In this document: one piece after another, positions 42,290 through 55,757 of the stretch | Position numbering within the stretch: the stretch's first letter is position 1 | Layout: each line of letters begins with the position of its first letter | NCBI GenBank assembly: GCA_964016885.1 | Contig: OZ024743.1 | Span: forward strand, 340,504,001 to 340,568,000 | Source: Eledone cirrhosa | Lineage: Eukaryota | Direction of reading: 5' to 3' | DNA: 64,000 nucleotides | Notes under the pieces: model-generated | Told to the model about the DNA's origin: nothing | Databases searched by the model: none | The model's input: only the letters and a program-made list of their open reading frames with translations | Program-made: the position numbers and the translations under genes

Positions 42290-44200
42290 TTTATCTGTCT
42301 ACTATTTTAATTAATAGCTTCTTATGCTTGTTTTCAATTTCCTTAATACCTAATGCTTATACTGATCAACAATTAACGAAACCGTATGCACTTTACTCTA
42401 TTTCCAAATAAACTAACAACCATACCATTTCCTCGGATTTGTCATGTATTTTGTATCCTACAAGTCACCATATTTCCCCAGGAGCCGAAATGTGTCTGAC
42501 AATTAAATAATATGAGACATAATTGTGCGTAATTCTTCAGTCTTTATTAATTTCATCAATTTTGTCGTTTACACAATATTGATATGATAGTTAAAATTGT
42601 CTTAAGTTTTTTTATCTGAGGGACAGTCAAATGTATTGTCAAATGTATTATTTTCAATTTTCACAGTGGTGATATTATTCTATACATAGGATATCCACCA
42701 ACATTTGATTTAGATGCTTCTAGGGAAGCGTTTACTACAATTATTATGCTCAATGCATTCTGCATTAAGATATAGATTGCTACTGGGACCGTAAATAAAG
42801 CATTTCTTACGGTTTTGTTAATTGTTGGCTCAGTATATGCATTAGGTATTTAAGCGTACACTAATTCATTTAATTTGCCTGAGTCTTCAAATTTATTTTT
42901 ATTGTTGGAGATGATCAGAATTTGAGAAGGAGGTAATCTTCGTTTCTGGAAATCGATAGAATAGTAATATCCCTTATAATTTTCCAAAATATTGTATTCC
43001 AGGATATTCTTCAATAAATCTGTCAATTTTATCATTTTAAACACTCTTGTCACGATATCAGGTCTGTCTGAAAGGAATTGTCTAAGAAAGAGATTATCTC
43101 TAATTTCATATCGCGAACTGCTGTATGTCATAATGATAAAGAAATCTGGCTTTCCAGATTATTTCACCATAGTAATGGAATCATATTAGCGCACTCGCTT
43201 GTTCCTTGAGGATATTTGAAATTATGATGGAAAAATAAATATATATCCTATTTGGGTTCTTGCAACACCGGTAAAAGTGGCTACATGAACTGAAAGTGCT
43301 TAATATTTCTCAATTCTGAAACGACTTTGTTGATATTCCATATAACTCAAACTATTTGCCTCAAATTGAAGCCAAGAGTCGCAACCCATTGCTGAAATAA
43401 CATTTTACTATGCAGAAATGGGTTGTATTCTTCTTTTATTGCTGCTTGTGCAAACCTGAATTGCAATGTATTACTATTGATACATCTATAGTGATTAATT
43501 AATTCAGGTTTGATTTTCAAACGTAGCTGCCTCGTTGGTTCTTCATAGGAATAAGAGAAAATGTTAGTCATTGGGTCAAGATAACGTCTCAGTATGTTCA
43601 GATATAGTACCAGTGGCTATTTCTGAGTCAACCATGCAAAATTGGGCATGTTGTAGAAATTCTCCTACAATATGATACATATTGCTGGAGCAATGAGATT
43701 TGGTCATCAGAGTGAAAACAATACGGTTCAAGACATGAAGCATTAAATATCCGACCTCCCTGTAAAGCAAATGAAAGTACTGAGTTAGTTGTTCTAGGGT
43801 TGGGTTTGAAGTGTTTATAATTGGGATTCCTTGGGTTGCTCATGATATCATAGATATATAGAAGCGTTTGCTTTTGGCGAGGAAATAGAATTTTATCTTA
43901 AGTGACAGCAGTTATTGCATTTACCACCCAAGAAAGATCTGATAAAAGTTTGACACTACAAAATTGGCAAGAAAAAAAACTATGAATAACTAAAACTGAA
44001 TAAAAATATTCATAAATTCCACAATATTTTATAATTTTGCGTTCTTTATTATAGCGCTTTGTCTCTTTTTAAGCCTTTTCGTTTTATTCATGAGATATTT
44101 TATCATTTTCTCATATTTTTCATCATCTAAGATTGTGTCTTGTTTTTCTTGCATTTTTACAGCTAAGTCACGGATTCACATCGGTCATTGACTTCTTGAG
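42290..44200 (-). mobile_element. Helitron Rep-domain relic
   Basis: KPDFFIIMT (motif 1), RPDIVTRVF, IDFQKRRLPPSQILI (motif 2), CSKRFP..GYPMY, LFQQW, upstream Cys cluster; many stops. Confidence 0.85.
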
Positions 44201-44569
44201 TAATAACATTCATCTGAGAACTTATTCGCCTATTTGATTCAATTATTGGATGTTCAAAATGTCCGAATTGTGTATTCTTTTAGCTTTTCTTTGTCGTACT
44301 CTTTTCCTATTCTCCCTTTTCCTGGGCGAGTTGCCGCCGCTTTTTATTCAAATTTTTCCTGTGTGTAATCACATGGAATGAGGAATGAAGGTTGTAAGGG
44401 ACGAAAGCAAAGAGAAAAATATAACAGACACATCTTCTTATCTGACGGATTATATAATAAAAAATCAAAAGCAAATTTCGGAGACATAGATATCAGTTTT
44501 AAGGAAAATAATTACTTATGCTTACTTGACAATCCAATAAAGAATTAATTCTACTTAACAAGCAGCAAT

Positions 44570-44810
44570 AGCGAATTGGGAATAGAGCATCAGAGTCTTT
44601 AGAGCGATTTAAGTGTTTTTATATATTTCTTCTGACTTTATACACTCTGAGTTCAAATCTCGTCGAAGTCAGTTTGCTTTTCATCCTTTGGAAGTCGATA
44701 AAATTAAGTACGGATCTAGGAAGAAGGATTGGCGTAATATTAGAATGCTAGAGGAGATGCCTTGCAGTGAAACTATTTCAGCTCTATGTGTTCTGAGATG
44801 AAATTCTGCA
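44570..44810 (+). mobile_element. Degenerate Nin-domain SINE(s)
   Basis: CTCTGAGTTCAAATCT, TTTCATCCTTTGGAAGTCGATAAAAT. Confidence 0.6.
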
Positions 44811-45144
44811 GCCTATCACCAGATAAATCCGGGTCGTTTGGGATCCGGCAAACACTATGAGTTGAAAAATTCTTAAGCTAAGTTCTTCAGTTTATTACTC
44901 TCAACACAAACTCTTTAACTGGCATTCGAACTATATTTCAACAAGCGACAATAATGTATATTTATTAATTTGTAATCATAAACAAATATTTAATAGAAAT
45001 CCTGTACGAATAAATAAATAAATCATGATGGTTGTGTAGTTTTCTGCTGATTGTTGTCAGCTATCTTATCGTTTTATACACATATATTCACACAAACACA
45101 TGCACGCATACATGTATATAGTCTGTCTTAACTCATTTAAGGAT

Positions 45145-45413
45145 CGTTATGTCGGTGTTTATCGCGGTTTCATGGCGTGAAGCGACTAGGAGTATAAGAC
45201 TCCTCACTGGAAAGGAGGCCAGTCCATCGCAGGGTTAAACCCCCAGCTTTTGCTGGTATTCATTTTCAGCTGGGACTCATTTTCAGTATACTGAAGCAAC
45301 GTGAAATGAGGTGTTTTTCTTAAGAACACAACCCGCAACCTAGCCCAGGAATCGAGCCCACGACATTATGACCATATGTTCAACACCCTTACTACTAGGC
45401 CGCGCGCCTCCAC
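45145..45413 (-). mobile_element. tRNA-derived SINE with Meta/V-like central domain
   Basis: GGAGGCGCGCGGCCTAGTAGTAAGG (A box), GGCTCGATTCC (B box), TTGTGTTCTTAAGAAAAACAC, CCTGCGATGGACTGGC. Confidence 0.7.
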
Positions 45414-48400
45414 ACGCATACATGCATACACACAAACTATTTTTTTTATTGGTTTAAGGCTTTGGACTGTTGTGATGCTGGGACATTATGAGGTTAATAA
45501 ACAGTTTGTTATTTATTATATATATTACTTATTTTATCAAAGTGTCAAGACTTAGGCTGCTAGTTTTAGGAGATTGAATGACCATATCGACGCTGTATGT
45601 TACAGTCTCTTTCTGAATGATATTTCTCTAATATCTTGAACGTACGACCTACAAGTATTAACCCCATTAACTGATTATATATTCAACTCTGAAACTAGTG
45701 TGGCTAATTACTGAAAGCCAATATCAATTTTTAATTGATTAATTAAGAAAATAACAATGAACTGTTTCAATAAAGTATATTTTCACGAGATATGCATATT
45801 GTTGGTGACTCATTGATTTTTTACACAAATATGTTACATTCATTCCTTTTCTGGCTTCTCAATTTCGACTGCGGACATGCTGGGGCACCGCCATTATAGG
45901 TTTAAGTCGGTTATACCAAAGCCTGCCTTTTCTCTGGTAATTTGATTTCATATAAGACCTACGTGCATATAAGGAATATGAAGAAAGTAATCGTTTGAGT
46001 AATTATGGGTAAGCTTCTAATGGTAAAACGTAACTCAACTTCGTGTAAAAGAACTATTTTGGATAAAAACTTCGGTAATATATCAATCTATTTAGAGATG
46101 AAAAACAAGTCAACATTTATGTATAGGATGATAACTTGGACAGAACGAGACACATATGAACGCATGCCCACATTTTATCTTTTTATATTGGCGGAATCAA
46201 TAAGCTACGCTTTGTGAAACATGATCAGCTTTTAGATAAACACAGACTACACATAAGGACACAGGCACACATACAAAGACACACATATACATACACACAG
46301 TCACACATACACACATACACATATACACACACACGCATACACACACATACTCATAGATACATTCACACACAAATACATATACAGGCACACCGACACACAG
46401 AAACAGACATACACAGTCATATTTTCACATACACACAAATACACTCACAGACGCACACAGAGACGTTTGCACACAATCGTGCATACACACAATATACACA
46501 TGACCGATTTTCATACAGTAGCTGTCTACCATATTTCGCTAATACGTTATTAGTCAAACCATGACTATGGCAGAAGAGTGAAAATAAACGGTAGCATTTT
46601 TCAGTGGACCACACTGGCATTTGTATATTTAGGAAAATGACTTATGATGCACTGGATAAAAAACATTACACCAATAAAACCACTGAACCTGTATACTGTC
46701 TACTGCATTGGCTCTCAATTTAAACTTTCCTGCATCAGCACTTAATTTTAAATTTACTGCATTAGCACTTATCTTTTAATTAATGTTTGAATAAATGTAT
46801 GCTTGATTTTCGCGCTTATTTAGTCGACCATAAGTGAGTAATGAGTGATTAAAAGATTTCGTGGACACAACAGAAAAATGTATTAAGAAACACTTGCCTA
46901 AGGTGATTAAACAAATCATCTTTCTTCTGTTATGAAAAATATTGCATATGATATTAACTGGTTCAGTAGTTCGTATACTAAGCTTTTAAATAAATTCTTG
47001 CAGTTCGATATAGTTGAGTTCTTTCTTTCTATAACAAATATCTTCTCTAAAATAGTTTAGTATTTAGCAGCAACATATTTATTAGAGAAAAGTGGTGCAT
47101 TGGCAGAGTTAGAACTTCGACGGGGCTCTCGTTGAGGCCAGCTATGTCTTTCTTCCTTTCGGAATCGATAAATAAAGCACCTATTCAGTACTGGGGTCGA
47201 TTCCTTCTCCTCCTCCACACTCTCCTGGAGGAAATCGCATTTGGTTGTAGAGGGACGGGCTCCGACAGGTTTAAAGTGTCCAAGACACGACGTATGACGG
47301 CATCCCTACGAGTCCATTAGGAGTTGTGGGATTACAGAAATCATTAGATCTGACTATGGAAAAATACTACCCTCTACAGAAAGATTTAACGAGGACACTA
47401 TATACATATATAAGAAGAAACCTCAACCACCACAGCCATTATAAAAAGATTAGTAGAAGGAAGAGTAATTAACCTATCCATTGACAGGGATTTTTCCACC
47501 GTTCTGCTTTCCATTACAAAGCAGTAATATCAAGAAGATGCTTTAAAGAAAAACATGGAATGGACCTTCGTTGGTTTCAACGATTAATGTTCCATTCGTT
47601 CGATAAATGAAACGGCCAGTACAGGAAATTAACGTGCAAGTGGCTGAAGATTCCACAGACATGTGTACCATTAACGTAATTCTCTGGGAGAATTCCCATC
47701 CCTTCAATTTTACCCACAAGAAGCCACACAGAATTATTCAGTTACAACCGTTTCCACCTTATTATTCTTTTCGTCTCATATTCTCCGAAATTAGTTAGAA
47801 AAGATTCGTTCTCTGAAGGGTGGGGACTAAAAAAGGAAAAGTGTTCATTTACTTCTGTTAGAGAATCCGTATCATTCATAAAGAAGACAAAACGAATATT
47901 CTTCCATCAATTATAAAATAAGTTTTCTTTTGTTGATATATAAAACAAACAAATCATTATTTGAGTAAACAAGCAAACTCCTCTCAGATCAATGACATTT
48001 CACATTTTATATAATTTATATCTCTTTGGACAACAATGATGAGGAGAAGAAAATAAGCGGTTTTCAGACAATAACTTAAATAAATTCCAAATATACTGCT
48101 TTTGTAATTTTTTTAGTCCTTCTTAGTCTTTTGACTGGGGAATGCAGCTGCACCAGCTTCAAGTGTTGTAGTAAATTATATCGACTAAACTTGTTTGTCG
48201 ATCAAAGTTGACTTTGGGTCAAATGTCTGCAACAAAATGATATGATCATAACGTCAAAACCTTGCATAAATTAATGTATATATATATATAATATATACTC
48301 TTATGTTTGGGGATGGCCATGTTGCCAAAATATCTAATAAAAACAGAAGCACTATTCGATTTTCACTTCAGCTTTATCATTAGTTATTAGTTGGCTCGAC

Positions 48401-48659
48401 AAAGTTCTTTCGCCACACATTCTGTGACCTCCTCAACGACTACTTTTTTGTATCTGCACCTTCTCTTCTTTTTGCTCTTATTTTTTTTTTATAAAACTCC
48501 CTTTTGTATTTCTGTGGCAAGTTTCCTGTCCGCACATGCGTTTGCGTCAGCTCCTGTGTAGTCTGTTTGTGTTTGACATGTATATGTGTGTTTGCGTGCG
48601 TGTGTGAATTTGTATATTTATCTGTCTGTGTCTTCCTATGATTTTTATTTGCATCGTAC

Positions 48660-49150
48660 ACTGTCATCAGTCATTAGTTTGTTGGGTGGGGGTGTTATTA
48701 TTCCACCTTCTGCCGAATTAAGAAACACCATGTCGTTTGCAAATTCCTGCCGATTGATTTTACACCTGCCAATCATGGTACGAATTCCAACCCGGCTGCA
48801 CATATCAATCCTATTCATGTAATTAATGAACAGGTGAGGTGACAGTACACACCCCTGGCGAAGTCCGACTCACACATTGAATGGTTTCGATTTCTCAACA
48901 TTTATCCGAACACAAATACTCGGGCATTCATATAGAGACATCAGGTGCAGCAAGAAGCTGACCATTGATTCCATACTCCTGCACAACCTTCCACAGCAGG
49001 TCCCAAGGAACGGATATTTGCCTTTTCAACCAGGTATATGTTGTAGACAGGAGAACTGCACAGACAATTACACTAAGGCAAGCCGACAGATTTCCAAACT
49101 CAAATTTAGCGTATGTAAATGCGTTACTGGATAAACCACAATTGTTTTAC
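48660..49150 (-). mobile_element. LINE reverse transcriptase fragment (RTE-like)
   Basis: GLRQGCVLSPHLF..YMNRID..EFANDMV. Confidence 0.75.
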
Positions 49151-49293
49151 CTCCTATAAATCATATGACAATCAGAAGTACGAGAGGCAGTCACTTAACC
49201 ACAAATGAACGGATAACACAGACATACTTTCTCTCACACACACGTGCGCACACACAGAGATACACTCACACACAAACACACAGAGACACACTA

Positions 49294-49376
<83 letters not shown>

Positions 49377-49836
49377 TACATAGATACAGTCACACTCATA
49401 CATTCTACTTGTCATATATAGAATGTGAGACTACTTTGATGTATACACTTAATTCAGAATGCTCAACTTCAAGCATTTTCATCGCTCCCATTTGTTGACA
49501 CACATAACCAGCGTGTAATTCTATTATCTCCCATTTCCATTTATACTTGATTATTCTAGCCAAACCAAACGTTGTTTTCTCCAAGCTGGCATACAGTCAA
49601 ATCTCATCGCAGTCTCTATAGTTGTTAAAAAAAAGGGGAAATGAATATCCTCTCTTGTTTGCTTCAACATTCGAAAAGGAGCTTCATTATTGACATTTCG
49701 GGGATAGTATCAGTCGATTGAAGTTTTTCCATGCGCTATTTCTAGAGTGTTAGACTCTAATTTTTGTGTATGTATGTATGTATGTATGTATGTATGTATG
49801 TATGTATGTATGTATGTATGTATGTATGTATGTATG

Positions 49837-49867
<31 letters not shown>

Positions 49868-49868
<1 letters not shown>

Positions 49869-50276
49869 AGATGACCCCTTAGCCTTTGTCAAGGCAGAAT
49901 TCTAGGAGAAGGAAAACTCTGATATAACACCTGCAACCCTGATGGTATACAATGATGTTGACTTGTTCTTCTTTTTGGTAAATATCATTTTGGTTAAGAG
50001 AGTGGGACTGGCTTTGTGCAGTGCCTTTGTTCACTATAAAAGCTTCATGGCACAGGTATTGCTTTATATCTGGAGATCTCTCTGCACTTGTCGTCACATG
50101 GTACCATGGGCCCAGCGCTATGTGTCGATAATTGTCACAAGTGTAGTGTTTGTACCAGAGTTTTCAAGTCGCTGGCTGGACTAAAAAGTCACACTCGTTC
50201 AGCGCATCGGGAGGAGTTCTCCTACATGGATATAAAGTAGTGGCCGTACTCGAAAACGAGCTGGCAGCCACCACCA
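49868..50276 (+). mobile_element. 5'-truncated copy of (TATG)n-associated short retroposon
   Basis: Near-identical to 52157-52560; (TATG)n on both sides. Confidence 0.85.
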
Positions 50277-50289
50277 TGTATGTATGTAT

Positions 50290-50784
50290 CTATGTATGTA
50301 TGTTCTTCTGGTTTTATAATTTCACAAAATATTACCAATAGAGAGAGAGTCGGTTTCTAACATAGACACAAGACTCTCTCATTGGAATTTACACAACATC
50401 AACTAGGTAGATATGTATGTATGTATGTGTAGATATGGATGTTATTGTATGTGTGGATGTGTATGTTTTGAGTTGTATGTGTGCATGTGTATATGCTTTG
50501 CATCTGTACATGTGTATATGCAGTTATTAGATGCAAATGTTTTGGAATGATTTACATCATTTTACTGTTCCATTAATGGATTGTACTTGTAATTTCCTAA
50601 CTAGTTGTGTTCTTTCTGTTCCTGTGAAGCCTAGCTTCTCAAAATTCGTATTGACGCACTTACTAACATATCCCAGTGCCCAAATAATCACAGGCATAAA
50701 TCTGAAGGTGTAATCAGGGTGGAGTATCTGCAGATTTCTCATCAGTTCTGCATAAATATTCTCCTTTTCACTAATCTTTGATAT

Positions 50785-50785
<1 letters not shown>
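50290..50785 (-). mobile_element. R4/Dong-like LINE 3' end in (TATG)n
   Basis: RNLQILHPDYTFRFMPVIIWALGYV, homologous to 8170-8600. Confidence 0.85.
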
Positions 50786-50816
<31 letters not shown>

Positions 50817-50844
50817 TGTATGTATGTATGTATGTATGTACATG

Positions 50845-51480
50845 TCAGGTCACCAGTTGGTGCTACTGGTAACATGTATCCCAGTACAACCTGTCTCATG
50901 GTCGGGTCGTTGGCGACTAAACTGGCAACCCCACCAAGGTTTCTTGGTGAGGAGGGTGACTTTGGACATCCTGCAGGACTAAAAACAAAACCTGTCAAAG
51001 GGCAAAGGAGCTCTTAAGAGTCAATGGCCATCCAAAATCACCGGGAGAGATGACCCCTTTAGCCTTAGTCAAGGCAGAATTCTAGGAGAAGGAAAACTCT
51101 GATATAACACCTGCAACCCTGATGGTATCCAATGATGTTGACTTGTTCTTCTTTTTGGTAAATAGCATCTTGGTTAAGAGAGTGGGACTGGCTTTGTGCA
51201 GTGCCTTTGCTCACTATAAAAGCTTCACGGCACAGGCATTGCTTTATATCTGGAGATCTCTCTGCACTTGTCCTCACATGGGCCCAGCACTATGTGTCAA
51301 TAATTGTCCTACCATGGGCCTAGCACTATGTGTCAATAATTGTCACAGGTGTAGTGTTTGTACCAGAGGTTTCAAGTCGCTGGCTGGACTAAAAAGTCAC
51401 ACTCGTTCAGCGCTTCGGTAGGGGTTATCATACATGGATGTAAAGTAGTGGCCGTACTCGAAAACGAGTTGGCAGCCACC
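50845..51480 (+). mobile_element. Short non-autonomous RTE-derived retroposon, full copy 1
   Basis: Same 5' start as the 51954 copy; 3' relic [20 protein letters not shown] (C2H2-like RTE C-terminus); microsatellite tail. Confidence 0.8.
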
Positions 51481-51637
51481 ATATGTATACATGTGTGTGT
51501 ATGTGTGCATATGTGTATATGTATATATATGTATATATATGTATGTATACATATGTGTATATGTGTACGTATATGTATATGTATATGTATGTGTATATAT
51601 ATGTATGTGTATACATATATGTATATGTGTGTGTATG

Positions 51638-51669
<32 letters not shown>

Positions 51670-51875
51670 TATATATGTATATGTATATATATGTATATGT
51701 ATATATATGTATATGTATATGTGTGTATATGTATATATATGTATATGTATATATGTATGTATATGTGTATATATGTATATGTATATATATATATATGTAT
51801 ATGTATGTGTATATGTATATATATGTATATGTATGTGTATGTATATGTGTATATATGTATGTGTATGTGTATGTG

Positions 51876-51906
<31 letters not shown>

Positions 51907-51953
51907 GTGTATGTATATGTATGTGTATATATGTATATATGTATATATATATG

Positions 51954-52560
51954 TCAGGTCACCAGTTGGTGCTACTGGTAACATGTATCCCAGTACAACC
52001 TGTCTCATGGTCGGGTCGTTGGCGACTAAACTGGCAACCCCACCAAGGTTTCTTGGTGAGGAGGGTGACTTTGGACATCCTGCAGGACTAAAAACAAAAC
52101 CTGTCAAAGGGCAAAGGAGCTCTTAAGAGTCAATGGCCATCCAAAATCACCGGGAGAGATGACCCCTTAGCCTTTGTCAAGGCAGAATTCTAGGAGAAGG
52201 AAAACTCTGATATAACACCTGCAACCCTGATGGTATCCAATGATGTTGACTTGTTCTTCTTTTTGGTAAATATCATCTTGGTTAAGAGAGTGAGACTGGC
52301 TTTGTGCAGTGCCTTTGCTCACTATAAAAGCTTCACGGCACAGGCATTGCTTTGTATCTGGAGATCTCTCTGCACTTGTCACATGGTACCATGGGCCCAG
52401 CACTATGTGTCAATAATTGTCACAAGTGTAGTCTTTGTACCAGAGTTTTCAAGTCGCTGGCTGGACTAAAAAGTCACACTCGTTCAGCGCATCAGTAGGG
52501 GTTCTCCTACATGGATATAAAGTAGTGGCCGTACTCGAAAACGAGTTGGCAGCCACCACC
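51954..52560 (+). mobile_element. Short non-autonomous RTE-derived retroposon, full copy 2
   Basis: As above; diverged relatives at 52713-52845 and 53240-53515. Confidence 0.8.
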
Positions 52561-52924
52561 ATGTATGTATGTATGTATGTATGTATGTATGTATGTATGT
52601 ATGTATGTATGTATGTATGTATGTATGTATGTATGTATGTATGTATGTGTGTATGTATGTATGTACGTATGCATGCATGTATGCATGTATGTATGTATAT
52701 ATGTATGTATGTATGGTCGGGTTGTCGGTGACTAAATCGGCAACACCACCAAGTTTACTTGGTGAGGAGGGTGATTTTGGGCAACCTGCAGGACAAAAAA
52801 CAAAACCTGACAAAGAGCGGAAGAACTCATAACAGTCAACGGCCATGTATGCATGCGTTTATGTGTGTATATATATATATGTATATACATGTATGCATGT
52901 GCATGTATATGCATGAGGACATAG

Positions 52925-53130
52925 AAATAATTTTTTCTACTTTTGGCACAAGGCCAGCAAATACCTAGTACATTACTGGTACTTTATATTATCGACCCCG
53001 TATTGATGAAAGGCAAAGTTAACCTCGGCGGGATTTGACTTTGCCTTTCATCCTTACAGGGTCGATAAAATAAAGTACCAGTAATGTACTGGGTAATTGC
53101 TGGCCTTGTGCCAAAAGTAGAAACAATTAT
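52925..53130. mobile_element. Head-to-head inverted pair of Nin-SINE fragments
   Basis: 52925-53035 (-) joined to 53036-53130 (+); inverted similarity extends into both flanks. Confidence 0.8.
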
Positions 53131-54208
53131 TTCTATTTCCCCACGCATATACATACACATGTATACATGTATATACATATATACATATAGAAATAATGGA
53201 CATAGAAATAATGGAGCTGGATACCCGATCGCGCGGTTAAACCACTTAGCCTTTGTCAGGGAATTCTTCTAGGAGAAGACAACTCAGGAAACTGGGATAA
53301 GTCCGACATGAAAGATGCGGCACAGTAGTTAACGATGATGTTGATCTTTCCTTCTTTTCGGGTTATAGCTACTGTCGCTCAGAGAGTGGGATTGGCTAAG
53401 TGCACAGTTAAAAAAAATCTTCACACACAGGCATTGCACGATAGAATTAGTAAATAATAATTAATAATGATATATCGTGCAATTGCTATACTCGATAACG
53501 AGAGGGCAGCCATCATGCATGTATGTATGTATGTATGTATGTATGTATGTATGTATGTATGTATGTATGTATGTATGTATGTATGTATGTATTATGTATG
53601 CATGTACGCATGTATGCATGTATGTATGGATATATGTATGTACGCCAGGTAATCTATGGTCATCTTGCTTTCTATTTGATTGTTGCTACTTAAGGGTTTC
53701 AAACATTTAGAAAGTAGCTTTTGTATCGTATAAACAATTGTTATTATAAAACATATTCCTAATCGATAGCGAATTGACAGCCACCATGTGTTAATATACA
53801 GGTGTAATCAGGTAAAACACTCAACGTCAGTCGTGTATATCCAGCATTGCGATGGCGATTAAACGCGACGGAGTTTCAATGTATGAATAAACATTACGAC
53901 AGATGTGTTGGTTACGTACTCGTCTTTATTGCATATGTTCACTGAACTTTCGCAAATATGGAAGCGTTTGCCTGCGGCATATCAATTTAGCAAAATTTCT
54001 TCACACAATTGATTTTACATCTGATAATGTCACACGGGTGGCAGTTGCTGTTGTAATGATTACATAACTGCTGTACACTGATGATACTGAAATACGCATT
54101 TTGAAATAAATACGATTATGTAACAATAACAGGTGCCTCAATGTTAATTCACCCCCACCTACATATACATATGCATGTGTATATATATATATATATATAC
54201 ATATATAC

Positions 54209-54301
<93 letters not shown>

Positions 54302-54349
54302 AACAATCTTATTTGCTCACATACTTTTGAGAGGGGCGTGGGGGTAATG

Positions 54350-54830
54350 TTCTCATAAATAACTTTCACAGCGCCCTATCAGAAGCAACTTTCTCCAAAC
54401 CACCCCGATGGATCCCTAAGCAAGAACAAATGTATTTATGTTATCCAACCATGTTCGATGTCAACATCTGGGTACTCTGCTGATTGGCATTGCCCGTAAA
54501 ATCTGTTCACCGATTCTTTCCATAAACATTCTAACAACATGTCTGTAATACAGGAGTGGTGATATCTAGATTCGAAGAAGTAGTGGCTCTATTTGGAGCG
54601 ACACCTTGAACTCCGAGCTACACTCCCTATCGAGTATGGTATTCTTTCGGTCATTACCTAAGACGTATGACCATAGGTAGGGTAGGCACGAATACCAAAT
54701 TGAAGTTAGTGAGATGGTTTTACAGCTACATCCTTTTTCTGACGATTGAGTGTTGACGTCGTGAACTGTGTTACCAGCTCCAGCATATTTTGCTAAGAGC
54801 AATATGCTTGTTTCGTGATTCAACGGGACA
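54350..54830 (-). mobile_element. RTE-clade LINE fragment
   Basis: Homologous to 41760-42120 (IEPLLLRI, TYGHTS). Confidence 0.7.
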
Positions 54831-54955
54831 GCTTAAACATATCGTATATGCCTTTACATACATACTCGTTATGTTGATTCTACTGCTATTACACACACAG
54901 ACACACACACATATACATACATATACACATATATATACATATACATACATATATG

Positions 54956-54991
<36 letters not shown>

Positions 54992-55034
54992 CATATACAT
55001 ACATATACATACATATACATACATATATATATAT

Positions 55035-55304
55035 AAGGCGGGTAAAATTCCCGAGATCCATGGACGAGTTCTCTCCAGCGGCCTCTGTCCCTCATTATCG
55101 CTGCCATGTCCTGCGTCTCCAACAGACCAGTGTCTGTCCTTAGGGCATCAACATACGTTAACCTTGGTCTTCCTCTTCTAGTGTGTCCATGTATACACTG
55201 AGGATGAAAAACTCAGAGCTCTATGGGAGCATCCCAAAAGTCAGCTCAAAAGTGACACAGAGGAGACTGAGGTTAGCTGGACATGCTCACCGACATCCAG
55301 AGTT

Positions 55305-55308
<4 letters not shown>
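55035..55308. mobile_element. RTE-like LINE 3' end with 5' inversion, in (TA)n
   Basis: Minus [27 protein letters not shown] joined to plus ELYGSIPKVSSKVTQRRLRLAGHAHRHPEL. Confidence 0.75.
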
Positions 55309-55379
<71 letters not shown>

Positions 55380-55684
55380 CTCATTTGTGATAAATAGACA
55401 GAGACGGGCCGAAGGACATAAAAATATGTAAATATAGATAAATAGTTATACGGAAATTTCGAAGCGCCGAGAGATTATGAATTTCACAAAAAATCGAGTA
55501 AAAACGATTTTCTAAGTTATTTATAACAACCAACTGTATTTACAGTTATTTTTCTGCAGCTGAATATCGCTACATTTTCTAAGAAAATTCATAATCTTCG
55601 AAAGTTCAAACTATCCACACCATGTTCTTCACATCCCGAACTGTTTGATTTAGCTTCTAAGTTAGACAGTAACTGCTGTTAAAG

Positions 55685-55757
55685 GCTGTTAGGCTCAATG
55701 GTTAGAGCAGGAAACCGGTATCTGAAGGATATGAAGTTTGATTCTCCATAGTGACCA
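55685..55757 (+). mobile_element. tRNA-like (SINE head) sequence between ~60-bp direct repeats
   Basis: GGCTCAATGGTTAGAGC A box, AGTTTGATTCT B box, ends GTGACCA; repeats at about 55495-55555 and 55790-55845. Confidence 0.55.

Noticed and set aside
44826-44860. Hairpin CCGGGTC/GATCCGG as the end of the Helitron relic
   Set aside because: Followed by CTAT rather than CTRR, and on the wrong side and strand for the minus-strand Rep relic.
50778-52469. Repeated short ORFs ([12 protein letters not shown].., MVSNDVDL..) as a tandem gene family
   Set aside because: They lie in retroposon copies, start in microsatellites, and frames are not conserved between copies.
55685-55757. Functional tRNA gene
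   Set aside because: Acceptor and T stems do not pair properly; better explained as a SINE head.
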